In this document: in pieces, positions 37,012 to 52,600 of the stretch
Numbering within the stretch: the first letter of the stretch is position 1
Layout: the number at the start of each line of letters is the position of its first letter
Source: Priapulus caudatus
Lineage: Eukaryota
Direction of reading: 5' to 3'
Assembly (NCBI RefSeq): GCF_000485595.1
Contig: NW_014577069.1
Coordinates: forward strand, 253,124 to 317,123
Length of the DNA: 64,000 bases
Position numbers and translations under genes: made by a program
The notes under the pieces: model-generated
Told to the model about the DNA's origin: nothing
Databases searched by the model: none
Seen by the model: only the letters and a program-made list of their open reading frames with translations

Positions 37012-39223
37012 AATATATCAGCTTTTCTAGTACATGCTTGTGATGACGATGTAACATATAAGCCATTATATTCTTACGTCTGTGATAGTATCACGTGTTA
37101 TATGTTCAATAGTTCACACTTTACAGTGTCTCTCAGCACTTTAAATATGTCATCTTTTAAGTTTTGCTTTTTAAGACTTTTTAAAACGTCACCATGAAAC
37201 GAATGTGTTGTTTAACAGCCGTATAGATGCCTAATTACTAAAAAGATTACTACTGGCATAAGTCGATATATTATTCCACGTGTCTACTGTTTGAATACGG
37301 GAACAACATGAACAGGAATAACAGGAATATTCCGTTATCCACGTACGTTCCTATGCACGCATTTCGTTGTGAATCATCACTTTAACACAAAATTGCACAA
37401 AATGTTGGAATTGCCGATTTATTGAACTTTCTATAACTATATAGTCATTCAACGTAGCATGTTAATAGGTGTCAGAGATACGTCTGACGACCTTCCATTT
37501 CATCTCATCGCGTGAGACCCTGATCACCATGGTGAACAGTCAAGTCAGTTTCGTGGCGAATGATAGCTTTAGTCAAGGTCGGCAAAACATCCTCTACAAA
37601 CAAGATCTGAAGTGTAACTCTTGAGTCGTCAATTAAGTTTGGGATCGACGAATTATTTAGCTGATTAAGGTCGTTGCTTGCACGACCATTAAAGTACAAC
37701 GTGTTATTGAGTTTCGGCTAAGAAATAATCCGTTCAACAAAATATGAAATCTTGACCTATAAAAATCGTGTGAGTAATCGGCGAGCGTGTGGCATACGCA
37801 GCGATTCGGATGTGACTCACAGTAAGAATTTATATCTCTTTCATGAGAAGTAAAACGCGTTCAGATGCATGCTGATGTATAAATCACATTTGCAAAGAAA
37901 TGGTGTACACAATGAATGTGATTAAGCATAATTTCGCAACCGACAAAAATTCAAGTGTATTTTCTTGGTAATTTATGCACGCAATCATTTCCAAATTCAC
38001 TTTTAAAACAATAATATTGAATTAGACGCGCAGAATAAAATCGAGAAACACGTGCATGCACCAGATATATTTTTTTCTTTTTAGATAAGAACTGTTACAT
38101 ATTGCGCAAAAAAGCTACGACAATGAAAGGCAACGTGTTGTTCTTGCATGCTTGCTGATCCTGATATTTGTTCGGCGAACTTTTATTTATCAAAGACACA
38201 CGCCAAACCTGACGGTAAATAGATGCAAAATAAAAGCTGCCTTGTGATCACGCGTGAACCCTGATAGGGATAGACAAGGTTAGCCGCAAATACGCAGTGT
38301 CAGTAGGAAAAAACCTGAAGGTTTTTGCCCGAATAGCGGAATTCTTTAACACGGTGGCCTAACAGCTATCACAGTGTATACACGCAGGTCTTGTCTATGT
38401 GCTCGTTAGCTTCTATTGGCCGAACAGACGGTCATGTCACCTTCAAGTTTGAAAAGGTTTGCGGGCATCACACCTATTTTTCTCTCGCCTTATACGTCCG
38501 TAATTAGTTCAAGAAAACAACGCAATGTTTCGAAAGTAAGCAAACAGCTCTTCGCGCAACTGTGTGTATTTGCACAGGTGAACATTTCTTGCCTGTAACA
38601 TCGGTCACTCAGTGTCCAAGCTAAAGATTTGAGGCCACACACCAGCTTATACTGCCGAATGTAGGCTGGGTGTATTTACTTGAAGATCACAACAGTTTCC
38701 TTATTTCATCTACTGGATCGAAACGGTTAGCATAGAGATTTGCGCGTGTAAAAAAGTCGTTAAACATATCTGACCAGGTTGGGAATTTTTGGTCAAGAAG
38801 AGATAGACATTTTAAATTGATACTACAGAAGAAGCTGGAAGGTGATCGCGTGTGCATATGCGTGTGCATGGGCGTGTGTATATGCCTGTGTGTGTGTGTG
38901 TGTGTGTACGCGCGCGCATGTGCGTGATGTGCGTGCAGCGTAGTATATAGGCCTACTCACGTCTACGCGCTCACGCGCATAGCCAGCTGCGTAGTGAGAG
39001 AGAAGATGCATGGACGTTGTGCGAGCTCATCCTCTGCCGACGCAGTAGCGCCATGGCGACGTGTCCGAGCGATAAATCCGTCAACTGGAGCGTGATTTGG
39101 AAGTCAGCGGATCTGCCTTTCTACTGAGTCAGTCAGCGATCGAACGTTCACTGACACTTCTCGCTATCCTTGAGAAAAAAAGTTACTGGGCGCTACCGTA
39201 GCAGCGCGTAAAAAAACTAGTGC

Positions 39224-39274
<51 letters not shown>

Positions 39275-42200
39275 CGAGGCGGTGCTGTATTGAGTGCGTA
39301 GTACTGCAGACTTCCTGGTAGTTTCTCTCACACTTGACGGAGTGCCGAGGATGTCATTATATAGGGGTTGAGGAGTCGCTAAAGCCGAGCAACTTACGTA
39401 GCCGCCGCGCAACGGATATCGATTTCCTTGTTGTTGCTGGCAAAGATGAGAGAGCTGTTTTTTTATTATCACGATTCGCAATCGCATCCCTCTTTAAAAA
39501 AAAACACGATTGGTTAGTTGGTTGGTACCTCACCCTTGTCATAGCAGTAAAAGATACGTGCGTCTCTATAGCTCTCTGCGAAGAACAGTCCCGTGTTACA
39601 GCGAATGTTTATCTATATGATAAAAATTACCTGTGTGGCAGATCTATTATCTTGTTTTGTTGAACTGTTCCTTGTTCGATAGACTCCTGAATCAGGTACG
39701 TGCACGATATAAGTTCGTTACCCCTACCCTATAGAACACTTACCTTTATGACAGAAGAAAATAGCTACTTGTATTGTAAGGTAAAATAAACGTACATCTG
39801 ATCGTTTATCTGATGTTCCATTTACGTTCTTGAACCTGCTTGAAGCTTGGCATTAACTGAGCACGTAAGGGAAATTAAGTTACGCTAGTTTTTTGCAATT
39901 TTATGTCTGCTTATGACAATTACTGTTACTAATTAGTAATTACCCATTTATCAATGAATATTAATACTGACTTTTATGAAATATTATTACAGATTCAAAT
40001 GAAATGCCCAGTTATTGTGCCCCTGGCATTTCCTTTTTTTTAAACCCACTGTATTGTCCAGTGGCGTATGTGTTTGAGCATCCCAGGATGTGTTGAGAGG
40101 TGACGAGGTGGTGGTACCGGGAGCGGTTTCCATCACCACACGCGGTGGTAGAGATTGAATATAGGCGGCCATTTTTCTACAACGCTCGCGTTGTAAGTGT
40201 ATAGTTTACATTCGCGTAATGGCAGCACCCTGCAGCGCTGGCTGACAGAGTCAGTGTTGCCAACGTGTGAAGTGGCACAGACATCAATCTGCGAGCTTAT
40301 GGCTATAAAGGATTATATAGCTTTTAGTTTATTCACGTACTTGGCCCCCTTGTGACAACTTTTATCAATATGGCGGGAACCTTCGTTCACCTCTGTGAAA
40401 TCGGTGGACGCGGGGAAATCTGCTGAATTATTCATAGTTTAGCAGCAAAATGAAATCACACGTATACCGAAAAGGTGGGTTAGACCCATTAGTGTCGCAT
40501 AATTTGTACACTTGAGTGTTGATGACCTGCGGTAAATATCGGTATTTTTTGGCAGCGCAAGAAAGTTTAGCGTAGGTCAGGGTTAAAGGAACACTGGTTA
40601 TACGTTGTAATTACAGAGAAATATCTTATATGTGATATTCCTACACACGGCGTGATATGACTGCGCGCATGCGGAAACGTTTTTCAGTGAGGATATGGCA
40701 AGTGTAGCTTTGGTGAAACTACTTATAAAGCATTACTGGTTACATATAAGGCCAATGGGAAATGTTGTTTTTTATGTCAATTTTTAAATAGGGAGGATTT
40801 ATATCTTTTTTAATGATTCATTCAATCCGTGGGAATTGCATTATATAGATCTATTATGGATTTAATACTTTCATATATATAAAAATAGATGATCTCTTTA
40901 AATATTTACTTAAGACTTTTTTATATTATTCTGTACGTCTAAGATTTTCTTTAAACAAACCCACCCTATATCTTGATAGCTAATCATACGATACATCGCT
41001 CACAAACATTCAACGTGCAACAGCACTGTAGCCCGTTTAGTATAAACCAGTGTTTTATGTTGTGGTAAATACTGTTCTTCATGTCAGTTAGCATGTCCTC
41101 AGATTTTATAGGCTGTAATTTCCTTTAAGATGTATGTACTGGCCAAGTTTTGACAACACGTTATAATTATAAATTAGTACCATTCTAGTATAACAGCCAA
41201 GGGCGGGATAATAGTTCTCATGTACTATAATGATTAGTATATAATAATATACGATGATGATTCTACGTTGATAATATATAATAATAATTTACTGTTGTGA
41301 ATCCTATAGTAAGCGTTTGTATGATAATGGTACCTAGATAATTCCGTTTTCGAACCAAAAAACTGGCTTTTCTAACATACTTGCAACTGTATATATTGCC
41401 AAGCCAAGTGAGATGCATTGTAGTCCTTCTTTCATCATTTCTTTTAACATTTAACTTTTTCTTGTCGTATTACTGCATTTATCTTCACCGATGAATAAAT
41501 TGATTGTAAGCTCGGTGTGATGACCCTTTAATTGCTGATTTCGGTGACGATGTGTGAACATCGTGTCAGGTTTCCACTGCACGAGGTGATTACTTAACGG
41601 TTTAGCGAGCAAGTTTCCGTATTTTCATATCGCTTCGGTACGGGGGTACTCCCTAAGCTTCTGTTTTGGAGGCAAACCAACTTTTTGTTTGTTTGGAAAG
41701 ATGATCACACGCCGGATTTCTACGAGAAGTGTTGCATCACACGGTTCTTGACCTTGCGGCTGTTTACTCTGCGCATGCGTGTTTTTACCTGTTATCTCAT
41801 CTCCGTCGCTCGCCGCTGACGTGAGTGCAATTAGCGATGTGTTCCGCTAACTAACAAACTGTCAAGCTCTACTCGTCACCGTGGACGGGTCGGTTAACTC
41901 CATTACTAGTGAATGTATAGACTGTCAGGCAGGCTGACTACTACAACGCAGCGTTACTGCACTGCTATAGGATTATTCTCACTCAATAGGTACGCGTGAA
42001 AACGGCGCGTGAGAATGAGGATGATGTCGGCTAAAATACTAGCGCTAAAACGTACGGGAAACGGCGATACTCTCCGTTTCAATACTATCATTACGCCAAC
42101 AGTAATTAACCTTTACGTAAGGAATTAATGTAGTTAAGAATATATGAAACATTATGATGTCATTATTTTCCCACAATAAAATGACATTAATGACCGTAAT

Positions 42201-45200
42201 GACATTTGTAAATATGTTTAATGGCGCGTGGGCGCGCGTGCGTATATGTACGTGCATCCAGTGAGTGAGCGAGTGAGTGCGTGTGTTTGCGCGCATGTGT
42301 TCCTGTCTGGGTGCGAGTAAGTGCTTTCGTGCATGCCTCCTTGCTTAACATTCGATTCTGTCTACGAGATATCTTTCCAGTTTGAAGGGAACCGTCATTC
42401 ATAGCCTCAGAATAGCGAAAGACAGAAAGGATGCCTCTTCTATTTAATCTAAGTATTAGGACCACACGCAGCTCCGAGAATGTTCATATTTGGTAAAATC
42501 CTAAAGGAGATTTCCACGTAAAAGCGGTCGAGTCTATTTCTCTGATCACGATATAATTGATCGAGTCAGTGTGTTTGATCGCGAATATCCTATGAATGGC
42601 TCGAGATTATATAAGACTCTCTCGCACAACGCACGTGTCGAGAGATACCAATCGCTCCCACGCGAAGTTAATTGTATTACTGGCGTCCTTGAGAGATAAC
42701 TTTTCCTCCATTTTGGCCGTTTAAAGAAGATTAACTTTTCATTTTACGGTGGTGCAGACCCTTTCAGTAGCGTTGATTTCCCGCGAAGAAAAAGTCAGAG
42801 TGTGGAGAACACGCATGTGCCGGCTGCAGTTACTAGCCAGGCATGCACGGATACAGACCATGAGAGGTTACCTCCTTATTTTACGGGATTTTATTATCAT
42901 CTCGGGAGAGTAATAATCATAATAACCACTGCATAATGAATATTGGGAAGTGCAATCTGTGGCGAGCTACGTAAAGATTTACGATTTACGTAGATTTGTG
43001 GATGTTCGTGAGAATTGTTCTAAAGGGGCGGTTTACGACTCTCACGTAGGCAGTCGTGCATGAGCCGTCAGAAACTATATGAGTGCATTGGTTGAGTGGT
43101 GTTGGTAGGAAGCCGCCGAGGTGCGCCCTCGTGCGGCGTGTCTGTGAGTTACACGTGGTCTTCTATATCACCAATCACATCAGCTTCTGGACGCAAACGA
43201 ATGCATAGGACTCGTCAAACGTATGTATTTGTGTGTGTGTTCGGTTTGTGTGTATATTTTGGGTTTGAGGCCTGTGCGCACGCTTGTATGCATGTGTGAA
43301 TGTGAATGAATAAAGACAAGCGTGGCCTCATTCACGGGCGCTATACGACAGCGTATAATAAACATAATTAACTCTTACTCGCGGCTGTCTCACGGACGGC
43401 AGAATTTCCTTGTCAGACACCCGCCGCATATGAGCTAAATTCCGGCACGTCGTGTGGAATTTGTTGTTTTCTGTATAATCGCGTGTTTCGCCTAATTGTA
43501 TGTCAAGACCGTCGATCTCTTGTTTGAAATAGCGGGCACGCAACTATTGTGACCTAAATACGTAAATGATTCTAGTGGTTCTTATTATCACAGATGTATG
43601 CACAGATATCGTGTTTTCGTATGGTTCCGTATAGGCTTTGATGTAATACAATTCACAACTGTTAGCCAATTTTAGAGTCGAGAAAGTCATTTCCACCTTT
43701 ATTTAGTGCCAAATGGACCCAACATTGAATTACACAAAGTATGCCAATTTTGCCTCGTGAAATCCGTATACGCTTAGACGCACGCACGCACGCACGCACG
43801 CATGCACACACACATAATATTTGAAAGTTGTTAGTTATCGCACTTTCAATGCAACGTCATATTCTAAGCAGTGGAGATGGTAAATAACAACAAATAGGTT
43901 TTCATAATGATAGCCGACAAGGTAATCGTTTGCTGGGAGGGGAGGGAATACAAATTTATCCAACTAGCACGTTAGTGCAAATGTGCAAAAATGTGCAAGC
44001 GTACATATATATACATGTGTATATTTTTACATACAAAATTTTATTTACATACAAATATATACATGTGTATATTTTTATTCAATATATAGAAATTCATGCT
44101 TATACATCAAGCAGTTATTACCATTGATGGATGTTTTATTCTGACAACGCAAGACACGGATACATAATGTATGTGTCACCGCAGTGTAACTTTACTTTAC
44201 TCCAAGAAAAAAAGTTATAGAAGGTGCTATTGTGTTAGTTATTGCCATGGATCTCAATCTAACGGGATCTAGGTTAAAAATGATCACTACTATAAGAACT
44301 GTTACAAGTCCCCTACATATAACTAGAACCGCGTCGATGTAATTATTTTTGCTCTAGTCTTAGCTCTCTCTGCACATAAAAGGATATTATCCCATAAACA
44401 AATCAAACACGATAATAATATTACTTATTGGGCCTTTCATGACTTTCGTCGCGCGGCGTCGCCATTACACCATCTAGATTATTATTAGTCAGAACTTCAG
44501 AAGACGCCGACGACGTCGTTCCTGCTGATAATATGCATAATCATCAGTATGTTGATGGTGGCCAATATAGCGTAGAAGTAGAAGTATGCTAGTTAGACGA
44601 TACTAGTGTCTTACTATACTTAGTTATACTAGCGTCTCTATATATTTCTATGGTTCGGATGGAACACCCCCGGATGCAATATTACTTTTCTGTTGTATTA
44701 TACATGGGAGCAGTCAGTAGGTCGATATATATATCTATATATCTATACTATAATTTGGCTAATCTTGTGTGTGTGTGTGTTTGTGTGTGTGTGTTTGTTT
44801 GTGTTCGCTTTTCGCCCTGATTTGTCACTCAATCGCGCTAACTGAAGATATATTNNNNNNNNNNNNNNNNNNNNNNNNNNNNNNNNNNNNNNNNNNNNNN
44901 NNNNNNNNNNNNNNNNNNNNNNNNNNNNNNNNNNNNNNNNNNNNNNNNNNNNNNNNNNNNNNNNNNNNNNNNNNNNNNNNNNNNNNNNNNNNNNNNNNNN
45001 NNNNNNNNNNNNNNNNNNNNNNNNNNNNNNNNNNNNNNNNNNNNNNNNNNNNNNNNNNNNNNNNNNNNNNNNNNNNNNNNNNNNNNNNNNNNNNNNNNNN
45101 NNNNNNNNNNNNNNNNNNNNNNNNNNNNNNNNNNNNNNNNNNNNNNNNNNNNNNNNNNNNNNNNNNNNNNNNNNNNNNNNNNNNNNNNNNNNNNNNNNNN

Positions 45201-45219
45201 NNNNNNNNNNNNNNNNNNN

Positions 45220-45950
45220 TGATAATATGGGATGGCATGGCATGGCATGGAACATGGATGGATGGCATGTGGATGGGATGGGATGGGATGGATGGGATTG
45301 GTATTGGGTATGGGATGGATGGGAATGGGATGGGGTGCGATGGCATGGCATGGCATGGCATGGACATGGCATGGAAATGGCATGATGCGATGTCGAATGC
45401 AGCGATGCGGAATGCGATGCGATGCGATGCGAGCAGAGCGGTGCGGGTGCGATGCGAATGGATGGGATGGGATGGGAATGGGATGGGATGGGATGGGATG
45501 GGATGGGATGGGATGGGATTGATGGGATGGCAAATGGCCATGGCATGGGCAATGGCAGTGGCATGGCAGGCAATGGCATGGCATGGCATGGCATGGCATG
45601 GCATGGCATGGCATGGCAATGGCATGGCATGGGATGCGGTGGATGCGGTGGGATGACGTGGGATGGCCGTGGATAGCAAAGTGGGATGCGGGTGGGATGC
45701 GGTGGGATTGCAAAGTGGGATGGCGTGGATGCGGTGGGATGCGGTGGCATGCGGTGGGATGCGGGTGGGATGCGGTGGATGGCATGGCATGGCATGGCAT
45801 GGCATGGCATGCATGGCATGGCATGGCATGGCAGGATGGATGCATGGATAGATAGATAGTTCGATTTTTGGGGGTATTTTCCTTTCACACAGCGGTCACA
45901 AACTGAGTAACGCACTTGATTCCCCGGCAACGCGGGTATCCCCGCTATAA
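45220..45950 (+). repeat. (ATGGC/ATGGG/ATGCG)n pentamer array, probably inside a HINE-like element
   Basis: Pentamer array runs to about 45850, followed by a HINE-type 3' stem-loop CCCCGGCAACGCGGGTATCCCCGCTA. The 5' end is lost in the N-gap. Confidence 0.7.
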
Positions 45951-46216
45951 TATATATATCAGTAGGTATGGCTGAAACACGAGTAATCATTTTAGCCCAC
46001 TATAGAGCCGAGAAAGTATTTTTTCGCAGTTATTTAGTACAAAATTGATCCATAAAACCCCCCAAAGTATGGCAATTTTGCCCGTATGCAATACACACGT
46101 GAGCGCTCGCAAAACAATTCAAACACCATTCAACACGTTTCAAACACGTGTCGGCGTAGGGCGAATTTAAATGAGAGAGAACGGGCGTGTTTCGTCTGCC
46201 GTTCGAGAGCGCAAAC

Positions 46217-46279
46217 CATAGAAATATTATTCAAATATATATACGGACTATATAGAGTCTACCTAGTATTATTTCTATG
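46217..46279. mobile_element. 63-bp CATAGA-type micro-palindromic element
   Basis: TIR CATAGAAATA / TATTTCTATG; 8-bp flanks GCGCAAAC / GCGCAAAT (7 of 8 match). Confidence 0.65.
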
Positions 46280-46689
46280 GCGCAAATACGACAAAGTGAA
46301 TTATCACAATGCCTGACCGGAATTTCTGATTGGCTGATAATGGCGCGAATGACGCGGCACTCGGCGTGCAGCAGCACCTGGACGAATCAGGAATCTGTTA
46401 ATTCGAGCGTCGTAGAATTCTAAATTGGGTGCTCTGTGGTGCGCTCTACCTGTGAGTGTTGGACTGCGGTGCGTTAGTGATGCGCGCTCGGGTGGGACGG
46501 CGGCGCCAACATCGGTGCATGGTTGCTGATGAGCACAGACTCTCACAACCTGTTCTCTTCTCTAACTACGTCCACGATGGTTTTACGCCTCGTGCACAGG
46601 CTGGCCTTGAAAGCCCGTTAGCACGCATATGTAACTGCGAATCGTGCATACGCTCAGCATACGTACACATACATTCAGCATCGGGCAGA

Positions 46690-46785
46690 AGTCACCTAGC
46701 TCGACGAGTGACCGGGGTTTGAACTGCGATCGTTGGTTATCTGTCATCAAGGAAAGCATCACCCTGTAATTACACCTCGGTTGGC
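46690..46785 (-). mobile_element. Possible degenerate tRNA-derived SINE head
   Basis: Minus strand has an A-box-like GGTGTAATT and a B-box-like GTTCAAACCCCGG at tRNA-like spacing; no cloverleaf. Confidence 0.3.
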
Positions 46786-49342
46786 TTTGTCTATCCTTGG
46801 TGATCTGCAGGCACGCTTGACATACCGTTACTATACTACACGCGGAAGGGGTTCTCCATTTTGTTTGCAAGGATCGGTTTTATTGCGTGCAATGAGAAAT
46901 TGTTACACGCCGTGAACGGAAATGAAAAAATTTGCAGCATTTTGATGCGTTTATTCCTACTCTGCTAATGTTGTCTCTCTCGCGCGCGCTCACTCTCTCC
47001 CTCTCTCTCTTTATCGCGCGCGCTCTCTCTCCCTTTCTCTCTCTCTTCCCCTTTTTTTCGCGCGCGCGCTTTCTCTCTCTCATTCTCTCTCTTGCGCGCG
47101 CTTTCCCTCTTCCCCTCTCTTTCTATCTAACCTCTTTCTCTCTGCTGATGTTGGAAGACAGACAGCTGCAGCTGCTGATTACGGCGGCCGATAATAACAC
47201 CTACCTATGTCTCGTCTCACAGAATGCGAATCAACTCGTAAACAGCTGTAGTTAGCATCTGCACCTAACAGATCATATATAAACTGAACATGACCGCTCG
47301 CCAGCGGGCATAGTGACCATCCATCAAATGGTTGACATGATGACACACTGACCATGAGTCACCCGATGCTCCGTCAGCCATGTTGTTGGCTGTTGCTTTT
47401 TAATATGATTGTTGTTTTCCTGTTTAAATTGCTTTCCGTTCGACCTGTATAATTTCACCGAGTAGTGTTAAATTTGCATGCAGTTAATCAATCGTTAAAA
47501 TGCAGTGTTTTGTCAGATGGGAGAAGGGAAAATCGATGGCATTTTAGTTACACGATCACACACCGGAACTGATATAGGTAGCTAACAGTACATCAGCATC
47601 AAACCCATTTGCTCGTGTAGATACCAGGCTAAACTCGTTCCTTTTGCGTTATTCGTCCTGAAACAGTTATATGCACACTAAAAAAGAATTATGCTAGAAC
47701 GTGACTAGAGCGAGTACCTCACTGCGCTAGGCACCGATTTATGGTTGAAAACTATGCAATACGGAAGCTACCATATCTGTCAGTCACCCAACGAACGGCA
47801 ATCCTTCTTGCACTAAAGGAATTTCTATTATTTCTATTAGCTCTGAATCTACTGAATCGCGGAAATAGTAGATCTGTCGCTTAGTTATCCATGTCTCGAA
47901 TGGTTCTAGCTAGGGTCGTCAATGAAAGAGTAAGAACAACAGTGGATCCCGAAAGATGTGAAATGGATGAGAAAAAATAAGACCGTTGTGAGAAACATCT
48001 TTAATAATTATCAACCTTATCTATAGACTTTATAACTTTTGAACAGCCATTCATATACAGAAGTTACGACATCGGGGATTTATGATCCATCACTATTTGT
48101 GACGTTTCGCACAACGGTGCACATTACAGTTGCACAACACCTATAGTGATCAGACATATACATGCCATAATCTAGTGATGACATATTAACGTTCAGACAA
48201 GCATATAGAGGTTTAATATCATCTTGCAATTTTTTTTAAATATATGTTGCGTCAAATCTCAAGAAAGAGGTCTTTGTAAAAAAGCGATAATATAAATGTT
48301 ATTAGGTTACGAAAGGCATATTAGGTAGGTAATCTTTCTGGCATTTATGCCGAAACTCGCTCGTTTTAACATCTGTGTTTGGAATCTTAACACCTCGTAA
48401 AATTTAGGCCACTGTCCAACGCACAGTGAAAGTTTTCGGAGCCTGCGATGGAAACTGCATGTTGGCTATGCGAGGCTATTGCGGGGAAGTGGGTTCGTGC
48501 GAACAATAGCGACAGTGTGTGTGGGTGGGAACTGAATGGATTTACTGGGCTATGTTTACTAGGTTTTAACCCTATAGCGTTAGGAACCGGTGCATTGTCC
48601 AGCGTGTAGCTATATGGAAAAGTTACGGATACCCACGCCAGTGTGAGGAGTCGCAGGGTAATTTCGAGTAAATAGTGCCAATTACAGTACAGGACCTACA
48701 TGTTTTCGTACACAGATTCGTTCCCTTTCTCTACACGGATAGAACTTGACTCTATATACGATTAAAGATAGAACGTTAACGTTTCACGCGTACATCTATT
48801 GTTAGCTTTTCTTCCGCTGTACCTTTACGTGCGTGCCTGCGTGTGCGTAGATGCACAAGCGTGAAGAAATAGAAAAACACAGTTAGATAAATCAGTTCAA
48901 TGTAATGTCATACAATGAAAAGAGCAAATAACGACTCTGTCTTGGCAGTTTCTATATCAATGGTCATATATATGTCAATTTAATTCAAGTTCCGTTTGTC
49001 TGTTTTCACTCACGCGTCTTTTTACATAATGGGATTCAACTTTGCATCTGGGCTCGAAATCATGTCCTTCAAAACAATTATCAGTGCTATTTCCCTCGTC
49101 GCGTACGTGTTTCAAATGATGTGCACTGGTAATCGTTGTTAAAATAATAGTTATCTTAACCGTGTTAACTGCTATAATGGTCAGTGGGACTACGAGGGCT
49201 GTCGGTTGCAGACATATTATGACCTTTCGTGTCCATGTTCTTTCACTTGATCATTAATCTTCGCGAATGCCTCTGTAAGATCAAGTCCTGATTACGCGAT
49301 TTCGTTCACGTAACCTCGGCGATAACTATAACAGCAGAGTAA

Positions 49343-49642
49343 AGCAGGGCGCACACGTGGCACTTTTTATCGCTAGTACTGGCGATTTTGTTGCCGGTGA
49401 CAGAATCGCCGAAAGATCGCCACGTGTGCGCTGCATGGCGATGGCGATTTTGACGTCCAGAAACTCGTCGCTGGAATATCAAACATGTTTGATATTTGTT
49501 GCCGAGTCACTATCTAGCGCTGTGATTGGCTGATTATATGAAGTGCATGTTACGCGACAACGTCTCTGGAAATTATACACTATAAAAAAAAAATTGTCGT
49601 TGCGGTTATCGCCGGACGTTATCCCGTGAGTGTGCGACAGCT
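49343..49642. mobile_element. PIF/Harbinger-like MITE, degenerate
   Basis: TAA followed by AGCAGGGCGCACAC end, internal inverted CCACGTGTGCGC, palindrome AATATCAAACATGTTTGATATT; right boundary uncertain. Confidence 0.55.
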
Positions 49643-52600
49643 CATTTGAAACAATGACGCCCGTTGCCTTGAACCAAAATTAGTCTTAACATTGACATTA
49701 ATCGTAAGTGCTGTTTTAACAATTAACATTAGCATTAATTTACGATGTTTCATTAGCATTAGTTTACGATATTTCTAGCAACGGCCCAATGATTTATAAT
49801 TTTCTAGAATGTGGTTGGAGGTTACGGCTCGTGCTTGTCGCTGCGGTGTGTCTTGAGTTAAGTTCGTCGGCTTGAGTCGCTGCAGTTACGAGCATGAACA
49901 CTGCGTGATGTGTTGAGAAGAAGAAGAAGACCTGTTCTTCGCCAGGTGAACGAATCGTGAGCGTTATTCATATCACGCTCGTTTTACAAGCGGTTTATTG
50001 CCACCAGCGCATCAAATATTGACGATTGCTCGCTGCGAGCGATCGTGACTGCGCATGCTAATACTCGTTGCGAAAAACTACTGCTAAAGCGTTTGACAAT
50101 TACTACCCCGAATTAGTTCAAAGTCAATTTTGAAAGGAACCTTGTGTGGGTTTCGCCGAGCCACCTTGTAACTGTCGGTGAATGTGTTTTAAGTCTTTAT
50201 AATTGCCGATAAATGCGGGCAACATTATCATAGTACATATATGTATAGCGATAGTACTGCTGAGGTCAATTATTACAACCATCACCCGCCATTATGGAGA
50301 ATTTAACGTTCAACTTTATTACCCTAGCCGGGCATTTTCTATAAATTGTTCGGTCACGCTGCTCAGAAGATAATTTGTGGAAGGGAAGTGATCGAGCGAT
50401 AACAGGGGTTATGTGCATTAATTCTTATACATGCGGTTCGTGGGAAAATAGACTTGCTATGCGCATGGAATTAAAGCAATTCTCCGCCGATACCACTGCA
50501 ACGACACTGTTTGTGTGATCCTCGCAGAAGGCCGCATAGACTACGTATATAAGTAAGTCTTACTCAAGCTATAATGAGCCAAAGTGATAAGAACAGTAAA
50601 ATAATATAATAGCGAAAAATGTAATGTATACTATAGGCGAGATGTCTGTGTAAGTGCGTGAGTATGTGAGTGCGCCTTTCTCTCTCTCTACTTTCTCTAC
50701 ATCTCTTCTCCCTCTCTCTTTCTCTTTCTGTGTGTTTATGCGCGCGTGCGTTCAGATGAGCGTGTGCGTGTCGAAACGGCACTAACGCCAAATTACCCAC
50801 TAAGATCAGGGTTGGGTCAGGAGATATACCCACCGAGCTCTCACGTTTGTTTTCACCTGGATGCATCATCGCCCATCGACATCTCAAGGTAGCGTGCGAC
50901 GTGCGGCAGGAAATAGCCATTCTCAACATTGTCAGTCCAATGAATGGCGTGTGTCATCAAAACCCGTGCTTCAGATAGCAAGAATATAATCCCGCGCCGA
51001 CGGTACAGAAGTTGGCTGACACACATTTGTCTCTCTCGATATATTACAGCGTGTTTGTTTGCAATGCGAGAAGACGGAGTCACTCGGGCGTGCATATCAT
51101 CGCTGCGACTGGAAATGAGATACGGCTTTAGGTACTTAGCCTTGCTATATTAGCCTTTATTACCGATTCGCACCTTTGTGCGTTCGTGCGTTTGTGCGCA
51201 TTTTCCCCACCGTGCATAACGCAGCGTAGCGTAGTGACATTCCGTTCTCTCGATGTGTGTAACAATCAAGTTGTTGTTTCGCCAAGTGTTGCTGCTGCGT
51301 TCTTTTCGCCGTAACTTTCTATAGTGGTAACACAGGACTCCGTGTTGTTGCTGTTGCAGCGGTGTGACGGAAGCGATTATGCGCAGAGAGTTCACACGGG
51401 GCACTGTGTAACCAGGAAGCCATTGTCTTCGCGTTTCATTCGATTGCAGGTTTTTTTATGGTTGTGAATTTCGCAGACGCCATTGAAATTCGCGAGGGGT
51501 GACACTCGACTACGCTGTGAATGCGTAATGATAGATATGATAGCTCGTGAGTCGTCGTATTATTGGATGAAGAACTCTTGAGATGTCTTTCTCAAGCATA
51601 CGCTGATCTGCATCAAAGAGCGCGCGTGAGCGGGAAGAGTATGTTCTATAGGCAGGTTATCATCAGCAGCCATAGCGAGTTTCGATTTCCGAATGTGAAA
51701 AAGAGTGTCAATGAGTAAACGAATCTGGCGACCTACGTGCTGTGCTAAGCAAAGAATTGCCGTGGTATTGTGTGAAGTGCTCAGGGGATTTATTTCTCCC
51801 GTGCACACGGTGACCGTGACTGTGACATGATCATCTAGACACACCATTGTCAGTGCCTCTGTAGACATCTTTCCATGAAATCCGTAAATCCGAACGAAAA
51901 ATACACGCGCCTTTGCGATCGGGCGCACTACGTGGCCACGTACGTGCGCGAGCGTCTATATGTGTGCGCGTTTGTACACTCGATCACGTTATTATGTTTC
52001 TGGTTGTATCCACATTTACTAACACCGGAGAACCGTGAACTCTAGAAGCCAGAAATAAACAGTGACCGTGTATACTAGGAAACCCGATGACTCCCTGTGG
52101 GATTATTCTGCAGAGCTTTCTGAACTATGGCTTGGTCAGATGCGCGCGTTTAGTTTAGATAGAGCTCTATATGCACGAGGATACGTCATATATCTCACGT
52201 TAGCTACAACCACCGCGTCCTAGTGGAGGGACGAAGAATCAGTCATCTGAAATGGGTCATGTACCCGCACACTTGCGCCTCGAGGCAAATAACTCACAGA
52301 ACTCGCAACTGAACAGAACAGAACAAAACTGTATCGGCTTTGATCGTGTCAGTAGCAGTTGAGATGCCGAGTAATAGCTGACGGGCATACGTGCATTCTG
52401 TCAAGCGCTCGTTGATAGCGCATCGAATTGTGACCGTTCATCGATAAGATTTATTTTTTACATGTACGCAAAGAGAGATATTAAGTGTCACAAAAGGTGA
52501 TAGACTTTGGATACCTTGTGTAAAAGTGCGCGCGTGTATTGTGGCCCAGTACGAATGTATACCGAGTGTTTTTGTGTTGCCAAATAGCCACGCGGATGGT

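Noticed and set aside
40583..41128. Possible Kolobok-type element (TTAAAGG...CCTTTAA)
   Set aside because: The inverted match does not extend beyond a few bases.
46690..46785. tRNA gene
   Set aside because: Only A/B-box-like motifs are present, with no acceptor or anticodon stems; kept as a low-confidence SINE remnant.
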